Shown: positions 48,732-61,579 of the stretch, in pieces
Numbering within the stretch: position 1 is the first letter of the stretch
Layout: each line of letters opens with the position of its first letter
NCBI RefSeq assembly: GCF_021246445.1
Contig: NZ_JAJQXW010000001.1
Coordinates: forward strand, 1,320,168 to 1,384,167
Source of the DNA: Rhabdothermincola salaria
Lineage (GTDB): Bacteria; Actinomycetota; Acidimicrobiia; Acidimicrobiales; Acidimicrobilacustridaceae
DNA length: 64,000 nucleotides
Direction of reading: 5' to 3'
Program-made: the position numbers and the translations under genes
The notes under the pieces: model-generated
What the model was told of the DNA's origin: nothing
What the model saw: only the letters and a program-made list of their open reading frames with translations
The model's database searches: none

Positions 48732-49657
48732 GCCCGGGCCAGGGCGGCGGTGACCAGCTCCTCGAGGCCGTGGCGACGGGTGCGCTCCGCGTCCTCGCGG
48801 TACTTGAGCACGGCCCCGAGGGTGACCGACACGGTGCCGGCGTCGAGGTCGTGGTGTCCGAGGAGGGCGAGGGCCTGCGCCCAGTCGATCGTCTCGGCCA
48901 CACCGGGCGGCTTGTACAGGCCGAGCTCCCGCAACGCTTCGGTGGCCGCCGCCACCTGGCGGGCCAGGGCCTCGGGCACCTCGGGGGCCCGGGAGCGCAC
49001 GATGGCCACCTCGCGCTCGAAGTCGGGGTGCTCCACCCAGTGGTAGAGGCACCGGCGCTTGAGGGCGTCGTGGACGTCGCGGGTGCGGTTGGAGGTGATG
49101 ACCACCACGGGCGGCACCTCGGCGGTGAACGTGCCCAACTCGGGGACGGTCACCGAGAAGTCGGCCAGCACCTCGAGCAGGAAGGCCTCGAACTCGTCGT
49201 CGGCCCGGTCGACCTCGTCGACGAGCAGCACCGGGGCGGGACCGTCGGCCGCCGCGGTGATGGCCTGCAGCAGGGGGCGGGCGACGAGGAAGCGCTCGCT
49301 GTAGAGCTCGTGCTCGAGTTGGTCGGCGTCGACGTCGCTGCGAGCGGTCTCGGCCGCCCGCAGGTGCAGCAGCTGACGGGAGTAGTCCCACTCGTAGAGG
49401 GCCTGGGAGGCGTCGATGCCCTCGTAGCACTGCAGGCGCAGGAGGGGGCCGCCGGTCCAGGCGCTGAGCACCTTGGCCACCTCGGTCTTGCCGACGCCGG
49501 CCTCGCCCTCGAGCAGGAGCGGTCGGTGCAGGCGCAGCGCCAGGAAGACGGCGGTGGCCAACCCCTCGTCGGGCAGGTAGCCGTGGGCCTCGAGCGCGGC
49601 GGCGACCTCGTCGACGGAGGTCGGGGCGGGCAGCGGGGCAGGGGTCACGGGGGTCAC
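48728..49657 (-). CDS. MoxR/CoxD-like AAA+ ATPase
   Basis: GEAGVGKT, RLQCYEG, VDEVDR, SNRTRDVHDALKRRC. Confidence 0.92.
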   Translation of the reverse strand: MTPVTPAPLPAPTSVDEVAAALEAHGYLPDEGLATAVFLALRLHRPLLLEGEAGVGKTEVAKVLSAWTGGPLLRLQCYEGIDASQALYEWDYSRQLLHLRAAETARSDVDADQLEHELYSERFLVARPLLQAITAAADGPAPVLLVDEVDRADDEFEAFLLEVLADFSVTVPELGTFTAEVPPVVVITSNRTRDVHDALKRRCLYHWVEHPDFEREVAIVRSRAPEVPEALARQVAAATEALRELGLYKPPGVAETIDWAQALALLGHHDLDAGTVSVTLGAVLKYREDAERTRRHGLEELVTAALARA

Positions 49658-49682
49658 CGTAGGAGTCGCGGGCGAGCGGGGT

Positions 49683-49841
49683 TCAGCTCAGGACGAGCCA
49701 GTAGAAGCCGCCACCGCCGACCACGACCACCAGGGCCACGGCCACGAGGGTCCACTTGGCCGAGCTCTGCCACCTGGTCTCGGGCGCCGCCGGGTCGCGG
49801 CGGCGCTTGTCGAGGTGCTCGGGGCGCAGCGGCTCGGTCAT
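49683..49841 (-). CDS. Small (52 aa) single-pass membrane protein
   Basis: ATGA overlap with large-subunit stop; C-terminal hydrophobic helix. Confidence 0.65.
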   Translation of the reverse strand: MTEPLRPEHLDKRRRDPAAPETRWQSSAKWTLVAVALVVVVGGGGFYWLVLS

Positions 49842-52153
49842 GCGCCGCCGTCCCGGATGGCTCGCCACACCCGCTCGGCGTCGAGGGGCATGTCGAGGTG
49901 CTCGACCCCGTAGGGCGACAAGGCGTCGATCACCGCGCTCTGCACGGCGGGCGTCGAGCCGATGGTGCCGGACTCGCCGATGCCCTTGGCCCCCAGCGGG
50001 TTGACCGGAGTGGGGGTCTCCATGGGCACGAGCTCGAAGCTGGGCAGCTCGGCGGCCGACACGAACGCGTAGTCGGCCAGGTTGGCGGTCTGGGGGTTGC
50101 CGTCGTCGTCGTAGAGGACGGCTTCGTAGAGCGCCTGGGCCACGCCCTGGGCGATGCCCCCGTGGCGCTGGCCCTCGACGATCAGCGGGTTGAGCATGCG
50201 GCCGGCGTCGTCGCAGGCCACGATGCGATCGAGGGTGACCTCGCCGGTCTCGGTGTCGACCTCGACGACGGCGAGGTGCGCACCGAACGGGAACGTCGCC
50301 TTGTCCGCGGTGTGGGTGAGGGCTGCTTCGAGCGGTTGGCCGGTGGGGCCCTCACCCATGGGCGCGGTGAGGTCGCCCGCCGCGCCCACGTCGGCCCACG
50401 ACCGGGTGACGCTCGGCGTACCGGCCACGTGGAAGACGCCGCGGTCGACGTCGAGGACCACGTCGGCGACGGCCGCCTCGAGCAGGTCGGCGGCGACCTC
50501 GCGCGCCTTGTCGACGACGATCTCGGTGGCCTTCCAGACGGCGGTGCCGCCCAGCTGCAACGAGCGCGACCCGAACGTGCCGGTGCCCTCGGCCACCCGG
50601 TCGGTGTCGCCGGCCACCACCTCGATGCGATCCATGTCGACGCCGGTGGCGTCGTGGACGAGCATGGCCCACGACGTGGAGTGGCCCTGGCCGTGAGCCG
50701 AGGTCCCGGTGTGCACCACGACGGAACCGTCGGGGCGCACGTGCACCTTGGCGTACTCGCCCTGGGTGCCGGCAGGACCGGCGGTGATCTCGACGTAGAT
50801 GCTCACCCCGATGCCCATCTGCACGCGGTCGCCGCGCTCCCGGCGGCCCTTCTGCTCGGCTCGGAGGCCGGCGTAGTCGGCGGCGTCGAGGATGCGGTCG
50901 AGCGCCCCGGCGTAGTCGCCGACGTCGTACTCGGCGCCGGTGGGGGTGGTGAACGGGAAGGCGTCCGCGGCGATGAGGTTGCGGCGGCGCACGTCGGCGG
51001 GATCCATGCCGATCTCGGCGGCGAAGAGGTCGATGGCGCGCTCGACGGCCGCGGTGGCCTCGGGGCGACCGGCGCCGCGGTAGGCCTCGACCGGCGTGGT
51101 GTTGGTGACCACGCTCTTGACGTTGCACTCGACCTTGGCGATGTCGTAGACGCCCGGGGCCATGGTGCGGGTCATGAAGGGCAGGAAGGCGCCCATGCCC
51201 GGGTAGGCCCCGGCGTCCTGCACGACGCTCAGGCGATAGGCCTCGACGGTGCCGTCACGCCGCCCGCCGATCTCGATGCTGTGGTGCTGGCCCCGGCCAT
51301 GGGGCATCGACACCATCGACTCGCTGCGGGTCTCGGCCCAGCGGATGGGGCGGCCGAGCCGGCGCGAGATCCAGGGCAGCAGGGCCTCATCGGCCTGCAG
51401 GTTGATCTTGGCCCCGAAGCCGCCACCGACGGCGGGCGCGATGACGTGGACCTGCTCGGGCTCGAGGCCGTACATGCCGGCCAGCTTGTTGCGGGCCCCG
51501 TGGGGAGCCTGGGTGGAGACGTACGCCACCAGCCGCCCGTCGTGCCAGGTGGTGGCCACCGCACGGGGCTCGAGCGGGCACACCGCCACGCGCTGGTTGA
51601 CCAGGTCACGGCGGACGACGACCTCGCAGCCGTCGAAGAGGTCGTCGGTCGTGCCGAAGTCGACGCCCAGCGCGGTGTTGGTGCCGTGCTCGGGGAACAG
51701 CAGCAGCTCGTCGGTGGCGGCGGCGAGGGGATCGACGAGGGTCTCGAGGGGATCGACGTCGACGATGACCAGCTCGGCGGCGTCCTCGGCGGCCTCCTTG
51801 GTCTCGGCGATGACCACGGCCACGGCCTCCCCGACGAAGCGGACGACGTCGGTGGCCAGCCAGGGCCGGGCCAGCCCGTCGGGGATCATGCCGGGGATGG
51901 GCACGGGGAAGGGGGCGAGGTCGCCGGCCGCCGCGATGTCGGCGGCGGTGTAGACGGCCACCACGCCCGGCGCCTCCCGGGCCTCGGAGGCATCGACCTC
52001 GACGAGCCGAGCATGGGCGATCGTGGAGCGCACGAACTGGGCGTGCAGGGCCCCCTCGAGGAGCGGCTCGTCGAGGTCGGCCGTGTAGACGCCGCCCGTG
52101 GTCAGGAAGACCGGGTCCTCCCGCCTCGCCACCCGCGTTCCCATCACGCTCAT
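49838..52153 (-). CDS. Xanthine dehydrogenase family molybdopterin subunit (form II CoxL-like)
   Basis: VGGGFGAK, AYRGAGR, HGQGH, GAKGIGESG. Confidence 0.92.
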   Translation of the reverse strand: MSVMGTRVARREDPVFLTTGGVYTADLDEPLLEGALHAQFVRSTIAHARLVEVDASEAREAPGVVAVYTAADIAAAGDLAPFPVPIPGMIPDGLARPWLATDVVRFVGEAVAVVIAETKEAAEDAAELVIVDVDPLETLVDPLAAATDELLLFPEHGTNTALGVDFGTTDDLFDGCEVVVRRDLVNQRVAVCPLEPRAVATTWHDGRLVAYVSTQAPHGARNKLAGMYGLEPEQVHVIAPAVGGGFGAKINLQADEALLPWISRRLGRPIRWAETRSESMVSMPHGRGQHHSIEIGGRRDGTVEAYRLSVVQDAGAYPGMGAFLPFMTRTMAPGVYDIAKVECNVKSVVTNTTPVEAYRGAGRPEATAAVERAIDLFAAEIGMDPADVRRRNLIAADAFPFTTPTGAEYDVGDYAGALDRILDAADYAGLRAEQKGRRERGDRVQMGIGVSIYVEITAGPAGTQGEYAKVHVRPDGSVVVHTGTSAHGQGHSTSWAMLVHDATGVDMDRIEVVAGDTDRVAEGTGTFGSRSLQLGGTAVWKATEIVVDKAREVAADLLEAAVADVVLDVDRGVFHVAGTPSVTRSWADVGAAGDLTAPMGEGPTGQPLEAALTHTADKATFPFGAHLAVVEVDTETGEVTLDRIVACDDAGRMLNPLIVEGQRHGGIAQGVAQALYEAVLYDDDGNPQTANLADYAFVSAAELPSFELVPMETPTPVNPLGAKGIGESGTIGSTPAVQSAVIDALSPYGVEHLDMPLDAERVWRAIRDGGA

Positions 52154-52250
52154 CGTTCTGCTCCCCCTGGGCCGTCCGCGACGTACGTCAGGCACGCTAC
52201 CGCTTGCCCGTCGGGGCGGGTGTCGCCGCACCCCTCTTCGGCGTCGGGGG

Positions 52251-54754
<2,504 letters not shown>

Positions 54755-56128
54755 TCAGCCGCCCGTGGCCTGCTCGGCCCCGCGCACCTCGTCGCGGTAC
54801 CGCGACGAGGCGACGCGCAGGGCGTTCTCGGGATCGATGCCGGCCGAACGGGCGAGGTCCACGAGGGCGAACAGGGCGGCGCCGACGGCCTCCTCGCCGG
54901 GGTCGGCGGCGGCCGTCGCGGTGGCCTCGGCCAGGCCGGGCGGGGCCACCACCGAGGCGAGGTCGAGCCCGCTCTCGGCCAGGGTCGCCGCCTTCTTCTG
55001 CACCTTGGTGGCGTGGAGGAGGGCGGGCAGGGCGTCGGGGATGCCGTCGAAGACGCTCTCGCGCTGCTTCTCGGCCTTCTTGAGCTGCTCCCAGTTGCGC
55101 ACCACGTCGTCGGGACCGCCGACCACGACGTCGCCGAACACGTGGGGGTGCCGCGACCACAGCTTGTCGTGGATGGTGGCGGCCACGTCGGCCAGGGTGA
55201 AGTGCCCCTCCTCCTCGGCCAGCCGGCTGTGGAACAGCACCTGGAACATGAGGTCGCCCAGCTCCTCCTCGAGGTGCTCGAAACCGGTGCCGGCCTCCAC
55301 GTCGAGATGGTCGATGGCCTCGAGGACCTCGTAGGCCTCCTCGAGCAGGTGGCGGCGCAGGGACTCGTGGGTCTGCTGGCGATCCCACGGGCAGCCGACG
55401 CGGAGGTCGGCCACCAGCTGCACCAGCCGGGCCATCTCCCGTGAGACGGGGGCGGCCAGCTCGGGGATCCACAGGGAGGTGAGGTGGTCCGGCTCGACGA
55501 CCCGGTCGAGGTCGTGCCAGGCCACGGTGCGGATCGACTCGTCCGCCAGCCCGAGGCGTTGGAGGACGACGACGGTGGTGTCCGGGCCCACGGCCGGCGT
55601 GGGACCGGCGTCGAGGACCAACTTCACCTCCGAGAGCACGTCGACCGAATCGCACTGGCCCACCAGCAGCGGTCCGCGCTCGCCGGCGGCTTCGACGGCG
55701 AAGCGGTGTCCGTCGACGACGCGGGCCCCGGCGGCGAAGGGGTCGACGCCGAGGCGGACCCAGGCCAGATCGAGGAACGAGAGCGCCGGCACCACGTCGG
55801 TGCGCACCCGGGGGTCGGCCACGAGCGCCTCGACGGTGCGCTCGGCCACGACCGGCGAGCCGGGCACGCCGTAGAGCACCGTGCCGTGGTCGCCGGCGGC
55901 GGCCACCAGCCGCTCGACGATGGTCGTGTACACCTCGTCGAGCGTGGCGGCATCGTCGTAGACGTCGTCGAAAGAGGTGGCGTCGAGCACCAGGCGGGCC
56001 GACGGGTGCCGCTCGGTGCGCAGGAAGCGGATCGGGTGGGCCTCGATCTCGGCGAGCGTGCCCCCGGTGACCAGGTCGGGGCCGCCCGGCCCCAGTCCGA
56101 CGACGACGACGCGGGGCGTGACGCTCAC
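54755..56128 (-). CDS. mazG: Tetrapyrrole methylase-like/MazG fusion (YabN-type)
   Basis: VVGLGPG and YGVPGSP N-domain; CPWDRQQTH, EEAYE, EELGD, RHPHVF. Confidence 0.9.
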   Translation of the reverse strand: MSVTPRVVVVGLGPGGPDLVTGGTLAEIEAHPIRFLRTERHPSARLVLDATSFDDVYDDAATLDEVYTTIVERLVAAAGDHGTVLYGVPGSPVVAERTVEALVADPRVRTDVVPALSFLDLAWVRLGVDPFAAGARVVDGHRFAVEAAGERGPLLVGQCDSVDVLSEVKLVLDAGPTPAVGPDTTVVVLQRLGLADESIRTVAWHDLDRVVEPDHLTSLWIPELAAPVSREMARLVQLVADLRVGCPWDRQQTHESLRRHLLEEAYEVLEAIDHLDVEAGTGFEHLEEELGDLMFQVLFHSRLAEEEGHFTLADVAATIHDKLWSRHPHVFGDVVVGGPDDVVRNWEQLKKAEKQRESVFDGIPDALPALLHATKVQKKAATLAESGLDLASVVAPPGLAEATATAAADPGEEAVGAALFALVDLARSAGIDPENALRVASSRYRDEVRGAEQATGG

Positions 56129-56135
56129 CGGGTCG

Positions 56136-57224
56136 CTACCCCTCGGCCGGGAAGAGGCCCTCGGGGAGGCCGTCGAGGCCCTCGAGGTCGGGCGTGGGCA
56201 TCGGCGGGGGCTGGGCCCCGGCCGGCGGCAGCACCTGGCCGGACTCGGCGTCCCACCGACCCCACTTGGGGTCGACGCTCACGTCGGCGTCGGTGAGGAG
56301 CCCGGCGAGGGCGTCGCCGATGATGGCCTGTCCGTTCTGCTGCACGGCGCGGGCCAACTGGCTGCGGGCGTCCTCGAACGACACCTCACCGCGGGCGGTG
56401 ACGAGGATCAGGTGGTACCCGAAGCTGGTGCGCACCGGCTCGCTCACCTCGCCGATCGGCTGGGACCACACGACCTCGTCGAACTCGGCCACGTAGGTGC
56501 CCTCGGGAGCGCAGCCCAGCTCGCCGCCCGCTGAGGCGCTGCCGGGGTCGTCGGAGAACTCGGCGGCCAGGGCCCCGAAGTCATCGGTGCCGTCGAGCTG
56601 CCCGGCGATGGTCTCGATCTCGGCCAGCGCCTCGGCGAACTGCGCCTCGGTGGGTTCGGCGGAGCCGTCGCCGGCCTGGACCAGGATGTGGTTGGCGCAG
56701 GCCCGGTCCTCCTGGGTCTGGGCCTCGTAGAGCTCACGGAGCCCTTCGTCGCTGGCGGCCCGGTCGAGGATGTCGGCCCCGAGGACCAGGAAGCTGGCAT
56801 AGCCGCTCACGAGGTCTTGGCGGTTGGAGTCGGGGAGCTCGTCGAGCACGGCGAGGCCGGCCGGATCGGCGGTGCTGCCACCACCCTGGCCACCGGTGGG
56901 CGAGAACTGGAAGCTGAGCTGCACCTCGGCGTTGCGCAGGTCGGTCTCGCTGACCTCGAGGCCACGCTGGGCGACCTCGGCGGACGCCACCCGGAACAGC
57001 ACCTGGGCGTTGAGCAGCTGGGCGGCCAGGGCGGTGGACCACCCGTTGCCCACCTCGCCCTCGGGGGTGAGGGCGTCGAGCTGGTCGACGAGCGCTTCCT
57101 CGGAGAGGCTCCACCCCTCCACGGTGAGGGCCTTCGGCGTGACCGAGGAACACGAGGCCCCGACCAGAGCGGCGGCCAGGACCAGGGCGAGCAGGGCGAG
57201 AGAGCTGCGAGCGTTCGTCTTCAC
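56136..57224 (-). CDS. Parvulin-type peptidylprolyl isomerase lipoprotein (PrsA/SurA-like)
   Basis: Lipobox GASC; HILV, FGALAAEFSDDPGS, GGELG, FGYHLI. Confidence 0.88.
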   Translation of the reverse strand: MKTNARSSLALLALVLAAALVGASCSSVTPKALTVEGWSLSEEALVDQLDALTPEGEVGNGWSTALAAQLLNAQVLFRVASAEVAQRGLEVSETDLRNAEVQLSFQFSPTGGQGGGSTADPAGLAVLDELPDSNRQDLVSGYASFLVLGADILDRAASDEGLRELYEAQTQEDRACANHILVQAGDGSAEPTEAQFAEALAEIETIAGQLDGTDDFGALAAEFSDDPGSASAGGELGCAPEGTYVAEFDEVVWSQPIGEVSEPVRTSFGYHLILVTARGEVSFEDARSQLARAVQQNGQAIIGDALAGLLTDADVSVDPKWGRWDAESGQVLPPAGAQPPPMPTPDLEGLDGLPEGLFPAEG

Positions 57225-57232
57225 AAGGTCGC

Positions 57233-60200
57233 TCACACTACCGAAGGGGTCTTGTCCGGCGAAGTCGACACCTCGGCGGGTACGAGGTCGGCGAGGGCAG
57301 CCACGATCTCCCCCGCCGCGCCCGCCGCGGTCTTCACCGCGAGCAGGACCTGCTCGACCGCCGGCTTGATCACCGTGCCCTTGTAGAGGCGCTCGACGCG
57401 CACCGACTTCGACGCGGGAAGGGTGAGCGGGAACAGGCGGGCCACATACTTGGGTCCCCCGAAGCCGGGGCCCTTGGTGACCACGACCTCGCGGATGCCG
57501 GTGCGCACGCACTCGGCACGGAGGCGGGCCACCTCGAGCAGGGCCTCGGCGGCAGCCGGAAGCGGCCCGTAGCGGTCCTCCCACTCGGACCGGATGTCGT
57601 CGACCTCGGCTTCGGTGGTGACACCGGCCAGGCGCCGATAGGCCTCGAGTCGCAGCTCCTCGCGCTCGACGTACTGGCGCGGGAGGTTGGCGTCGAACGG
57701 CAGCTCGATCTTGATCTCGGCCGGCTCACGGGGCGTCTCGCCCTTCAACTCGGCCACGGCCTCGGTGACCATCTGGCAGTACAGGTCGTAGCCGACCGCG
57801 GCGATGTGTCCGCTCTGCCCGGTGCCCAACAGGTTGCCCGCACCGCGGATCTCGAGGTCGCGCATGGCGATCTTGAACCCCGACCCCAGCTCGGTGGCCT
57901 CGCCGATGGTCTTGAGCCGTTCGTAGGCCTCCTCGGTGAGGGAGCGGTCCGGCGGGAAGAACAGGTAGGCGTAGGCCCGCTGCCCCGAGCGACCCACCCG
58001 CCCCCGCAGCTGGTGGAGCTGGCCGAGGCCGAGCAGGTCGGCGCGGTCGACCACCAGGGTGTTCACCGTGGGCATGTCGATGCCCGACTCGATGATGGTG
58101 GTGCAGACCAGGACGTCGAACTCGCCTTCCCAGAAGTCGAGGACGACCTTCTCGAGCGTGCCTTCGTCCATCTGGCCGTGGGCCACGGCGATGCGGGCCT
58201 CGGGCACCAGCTCTCGCAGCTGCGCGGCCACCCGCTCGATGTCCTGCACCCGGTTGTGCACGAAGAACACCTGGCCCTCGCGCAGCAGCTCCCGTCGCAG
58301 CGACTCGGCGATGGCCCGCTCGTCCTGCTCACCGACGTAGGTGAGGATGGGCTGGCGCTCGCTGGGGGGCGTGTTGAGCAGCGTGAGGTCGCGGATGCCG
58401 GTGAGGCTCATCTCCAGGGTGCGGGGGATGGGTGTGGCCGACAGGGTGAGCACGTCGACGCCCACCTTGAGGTTCTTGATGGACTCCTTGTGGTTGACGC
58501 CGAAGCGCTGCTCCTCGTCGACCACCAGCAGTCCGAGGTCCTTGAACCGCAGGTCGGGGGCCAGGAGTCGATGGGTGCCGATGACCAGGTCGACGTCGCC
58601 GCTGGCGAGGCCCTCGACGACCTTCTTGGCCTGGGCGTTGGTGAGGAACCGGCTGAGCACCTCGACCCGGATCGGGTAGCTGGCGAACCGTTCGGCGAAG
58701 GTGGTGAAGTGCTGTTGGGCCAGCAGGGTGGTGGGCACCAACACCGCGGTCTGCTTGCCGTCCTGGATGGCCTTGAAGACCGCCCGGATGGCGACCTCGG
58801 TCTTGCCGAACCCGACGTCGCCGCAGACGAGGCGGTCCATGGGGGCGTCGGCCTCCATGTCGGCCTTGACCTCGGTGATGGCCTTGAGCTGGTCGGGGGT
58901 CGGCTCGAAGGGGAAGGACTCCTCGAGCTCGCGCTGCCATGGCGTGTCCGACCCGAAGGCGTGCCCGGGGGCCGTCACCCGCTTCTGGTAGAGCACCACC
59001 AGCTCCTGGGCGATCTCGGTGACCGCGGCCCGGACCTTGGCCTTGCTCTTCTGCCACTCACCGCCGCCCAACCGGCTGAGGCTGGGCGAGTCGCCGCCGG
59101 TGTAGTGGCGCACGGCGTCGATCTGGTCCGACGGCACGTAGAGCTTGTCGTCGCCGCGGTACTCGAGGAGCAGGTAGTCGCGCTCGACGCCCCCGATGGC
59201 CCGCTTGACCATGCCGCCGTAACGGGCCACGCCGTGCTGGAAGTGCACCACGTGATCGCCGACCTTGAGGTCGTCGAAGTAGCCCTGGGCGGCCGCCTTG
59301 CGGGGCTTGGCCCGCCGGTGGGCCCGGCGCCGGCCGGTGACGTCGGCCTCGGCCAGCACGGCCAGGCGCACCGACGGCAACAGGAACCCTCGCTCGATGG
59401 GAGCGACGACGACGTGGCCCCCGGCGACGGTGAGGTCGGCGACGCCCCGCTCGTCGAGGTCGAGGTGGATGCCCTGCTCCCCCAGCAGCGACACCAGCCG
59501 GGCACCGGAACCGGCGCCGTCGGCCGCCACCACCACGCGGTAGTCGTCGTCGAGGAGCTCACGGAGCTGGCGCACGAGGCCCTCGCCGTCGCCCACGACC
59601 GGGTTCCAGCCGGCCGCCGCCACGGTGGCCACGTCGGGTCCCTCGGGGGCGGTGGTCACGGTCCACGAGGGAGCCGTGGTGCGCACGAGGAGCCGCTCGA
59701 ACGGCAGGTGGAGCCGGGGGAACGGCGACCGGTGGGTGTCGGCGCGATGGCCGGCGGAGGGCGTGTCCTCGGCCGACGTGCCCGCCCCTTCGCCGCCCGC
59801 GGCCTGGTCGGCCTCGTCGGCATCGGCGCCCGGCACCGGACCGTCGTCGAGGGCCCCCCAGGTGCGGGCCAGGGTGACGGCGAGGTCGTCCTCCTCGGCG
59901 AGGATGTCACCGGCGCGGTCGCGCATGCGTCGGGGCTCGAACAACAGCACCTGGGCGTCGTCGTCGAGCAGGTCGAAGAGCACCTCGGCGTCGTCGCTGT
60001 CGCGGCCGTCGGCGACCAACCAGGGCAGCCACGACTCCATGCCGTCGAAGGTCTGGCCCTCGGCCAGGCGCTCCCATTGCTCGCGTCCCCACGGCTCGGC
60101 GGCGATGAGCTTCTCGGCCCGGGCCCTGACCTCGGCGGTGGGCAGCAGCTCGCGGCACGGGAACAGCTCGACCTCGGCCAGGTCGACCGTGGAGCGCTGA

Positions 60201-60826
60201 TCGGCGGGCGAGAACTCGGTGAGGCGGTCGACCTCGTCACCCCAGAGATCGATGCGTACCGGGGCGTCGGCCGTGCTCGGGTAGACGTCGACGATGGAGC
60301 CTCGCACCGCGACCTCGCCGCGGTGCTCCACCTGGTACTCGCGGCGGTAGCCGAACGCGACCAGCTCCTCGACGAGCTCGGTGGGGTCGACCCGGTCGCC
60401 GGCGCCGACCACGATGGGCTCGACGTCGGCCACGTGGGGACCGAGGCGCTGGACCAGCGCCCGGACCGGGGCCACCACGACCCGCGGGGCCCGCTGCGGG
60501 TCGCGGAGGTGCCACAGGGTGCGCAACCGCCGGCCCATGGTGTCGGTGTTGGGGCTGACCCGCTCGAAGGGCAGGGTCTCCCAGGCGGGGAACAGGTCGA
60601 CCTCGTCGGGACCGAGGAAGGCCACCAGGTCGTTGGTGAGACGCTCCGCCTCGCCGGAGGTGGGCACTGCCACCACGATGGGTTGACGGTCGGAGCGGTG
60701 GGCCAGGCCGGCCACCACCACGGCCCGGGCCGGTTCGGGGACGGCCAGGACGGCATCGCGACGGCCCATGACCTCAGTGAGGCCGGGCTCGTCGGCGAGG
60801 AGCGGGGGGAGATCGGAGAGCGCCAT
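57233..60826 (-). CDS. mfd: Transcription-repair coupling factor
   Basis: WETLPFE, GDVGFGKT, DEEQRFG, SATPIPRTL, QLRGRVGR. Confidence 0.97.
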   Translation of the reverse strand: MALSDLPPLLADEPGLTEVMGRRDAVLAVPEPARAVVVAGLAHRSDRQPIVVAVPTSGEAERLTNDLVAFLGPDEVDLFPAWETLPFERVSPNTDTMGRRLRTLWHLRDPQRAPRVVVAPVRALVQRLGPHVADVEPIVVGAGDRVDPTELVEELVAFGYRREYQVEHRGEVAVRGSIVDVYPSTADAPVRIDLWGDEVDRLTEFSPADQRSTVDLAEVELFPCRELLPTAEVRARAEKLIAAEPWGREQWERLAEGQTFDGMESWLPWLVADGRDSDDAEVLFDLLDDDAQVLLFEPRRMRDRAGDILAEEDDLAVTLARTWGALDDGPVPGADADEADQAAGGEGAGTSAEDTPSAGHRADTHRSPFPRLHLPFERLLVRTTAPSWTVTTAPEGPDVATVAAAGWNPVVGDGEGLVRQLRELLDDDYRVVVAADGAGSGARLVSLLGEQGIHLDLDERGVADLTVAGGHVVVAPIERGFLLPSVRLAVLAEADVTGRRRAHRRAKPRKAAAQGYFDDLKVGDHVVHFQHGVARYGGMVKRAIGGVERDYLLLEYRGDDKLYVPSDQIDAVRHYTGGDSPSLSRLGGGEWQKSKAKVRAAVTEIAQELVVLYQKRVTAPGHAFGSDTPWQRELEESFPFEPTPDQLKAITEVKADMEADAPMDRLVCGDVGFGKTEVAIRAVFKAIQDGKQTAVLVPTTLLAQQHFTTFAERFASYPIRVEVLSRFLTNAQAKKVVEGLASGDVDLVIGTHRLLAPDLRFKDLGLLVVDEEQRFGVNHKESIKNLKVGVDVLTLSATPIPRTLEMSLTGIRDLTLLNTPPSERQPILTYVGEQDERAIAESLRRELLREGQVFFVHNRVQDIERVAAQLRELVPEARIAVAHGQMDEGTLEKVVLDFWEGEFDVLVCTTIIESGIDMPTVNTLVVDRADLLGLGQLHQLRGRVGRSGQRAYAYLFFPPDRSLTEEAYERLKTIGEATELGSGFKIAMRDLEIRGAGNLLGTGQSGHIAAVGYDLYCQMVTEAVAELKGETPREPAEIKIELPFDANLPRQYVEREELRLEAYRRLAGVTTEAEVDDIRSEWEDRYGPLPAAAEALLEVARLRAECVRTGIREVVVTKGPGFGGPKYVARLFPLTLPASKSVRVERLYKGTVIKPAVEQVLLAVKTAAGAAGEIVAALADLVPAEVSTSPDKTPSVV

Positions 60827-60890
60827 GAGGACCTCGGAGGCTACCGGCCGCGGCACCCGGCCGGAGCGGGCGGCGAACGTGTCAGTTGCC

Positions 60891-61511
60891 TCAGCGCCGT
60901 CGGGTGTTGACCTGGTTCATGGCCGCCTCGGGACCCTCGGCGAGGATCAGCTCCACGGCGTCGGCGGCTTCCTGCACGGCGATGTCGAGCTCGGTGCGCT
61001 CGGACTTGCCGACCCGCTTGAGCACGTGGTCGGCTCCTTGCTCCTTGCTCGGTGGCTTGCCCACGCCGATGCGCACCCGCACGAAATCGGCGGTGTGGAG
61101 GTGGGCCTTGATCGACCGCAATCCGTTGTGGCCGGCGAGCCCGCCGCCCACCTTGACCTTGACCTGCCCCAGCGGGAGGTCGAGCTCGTCGTGGACGACG
61201 ACGAGCGCCTGGGGGTCCTCGATGCCGTGGCGGCGCACGAGCGGACCGACGGCATCACCCGACAGGTTCATGTAGGTCAGCGGCTGGGCCAGCGTCACGC
61301 GCCGGCCGTCGATGCGCACCTCGGCCACCAGGGAGTTCTCGCGCCCGCCCTTCAGCGAGCCGGCGTGGCGCTGGGCCAGCAGCTCGATCACGTCGAAGCC
61401 GACGTTGTGGCGGGTGTGGGCGTACTCCTTGCCGGGGTTGCCGAGCCCCACGACCAACAGGTCGGCCGGGGTCCCGCGGCGAGCGTGCTCACGCCGTCTG
61501 CCGAAGGCCAT
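60891..61511 (-). CDS. pth: Peptidyl-tRNA hydrolase
   Basis: VGLGNPG, TRHNVGF, YMNLSG, HDELD, GHNGLRS. Confidence 0.96.
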   Translation of the reverse strand: MAFGRRREHARRGTPADLLVVGLGNPGKEYAHTRHNVGFDVIELLAQRHAGSLKGGRENSLVAEVRIDGRRVTLAQPLTYMNLSGDAVGPLVRRHGIEDPQALVVVHDELDLPLGQVKVKVGGGLAGHNGLRSIKAHLHTADFVRVRIGVGKPPSKEQGADHVLKRVGKSERTELDIAVQEAADAVELILAEGPEAAMNQVNTRRR

Positions 61512-61579
61512 GGTCGTCGCGCGCTCCCGGTTCGGTGGCGGCCGCCCCGTCCCTCAGCCGAGGGCCGCGGCGGCGAGGA

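Noticed and set aside
49838..52153. Genuine aerobic CO dehydrogenase
   Set aside because: Active-site loop is AYRGAGR (form II), not AYXCSFR
59740..59850. Acidic low-complexity insertion in Mfd as a possible intein
   Set aside because: Only about 35 aa with no intein terminal motifs; probably a variable loop
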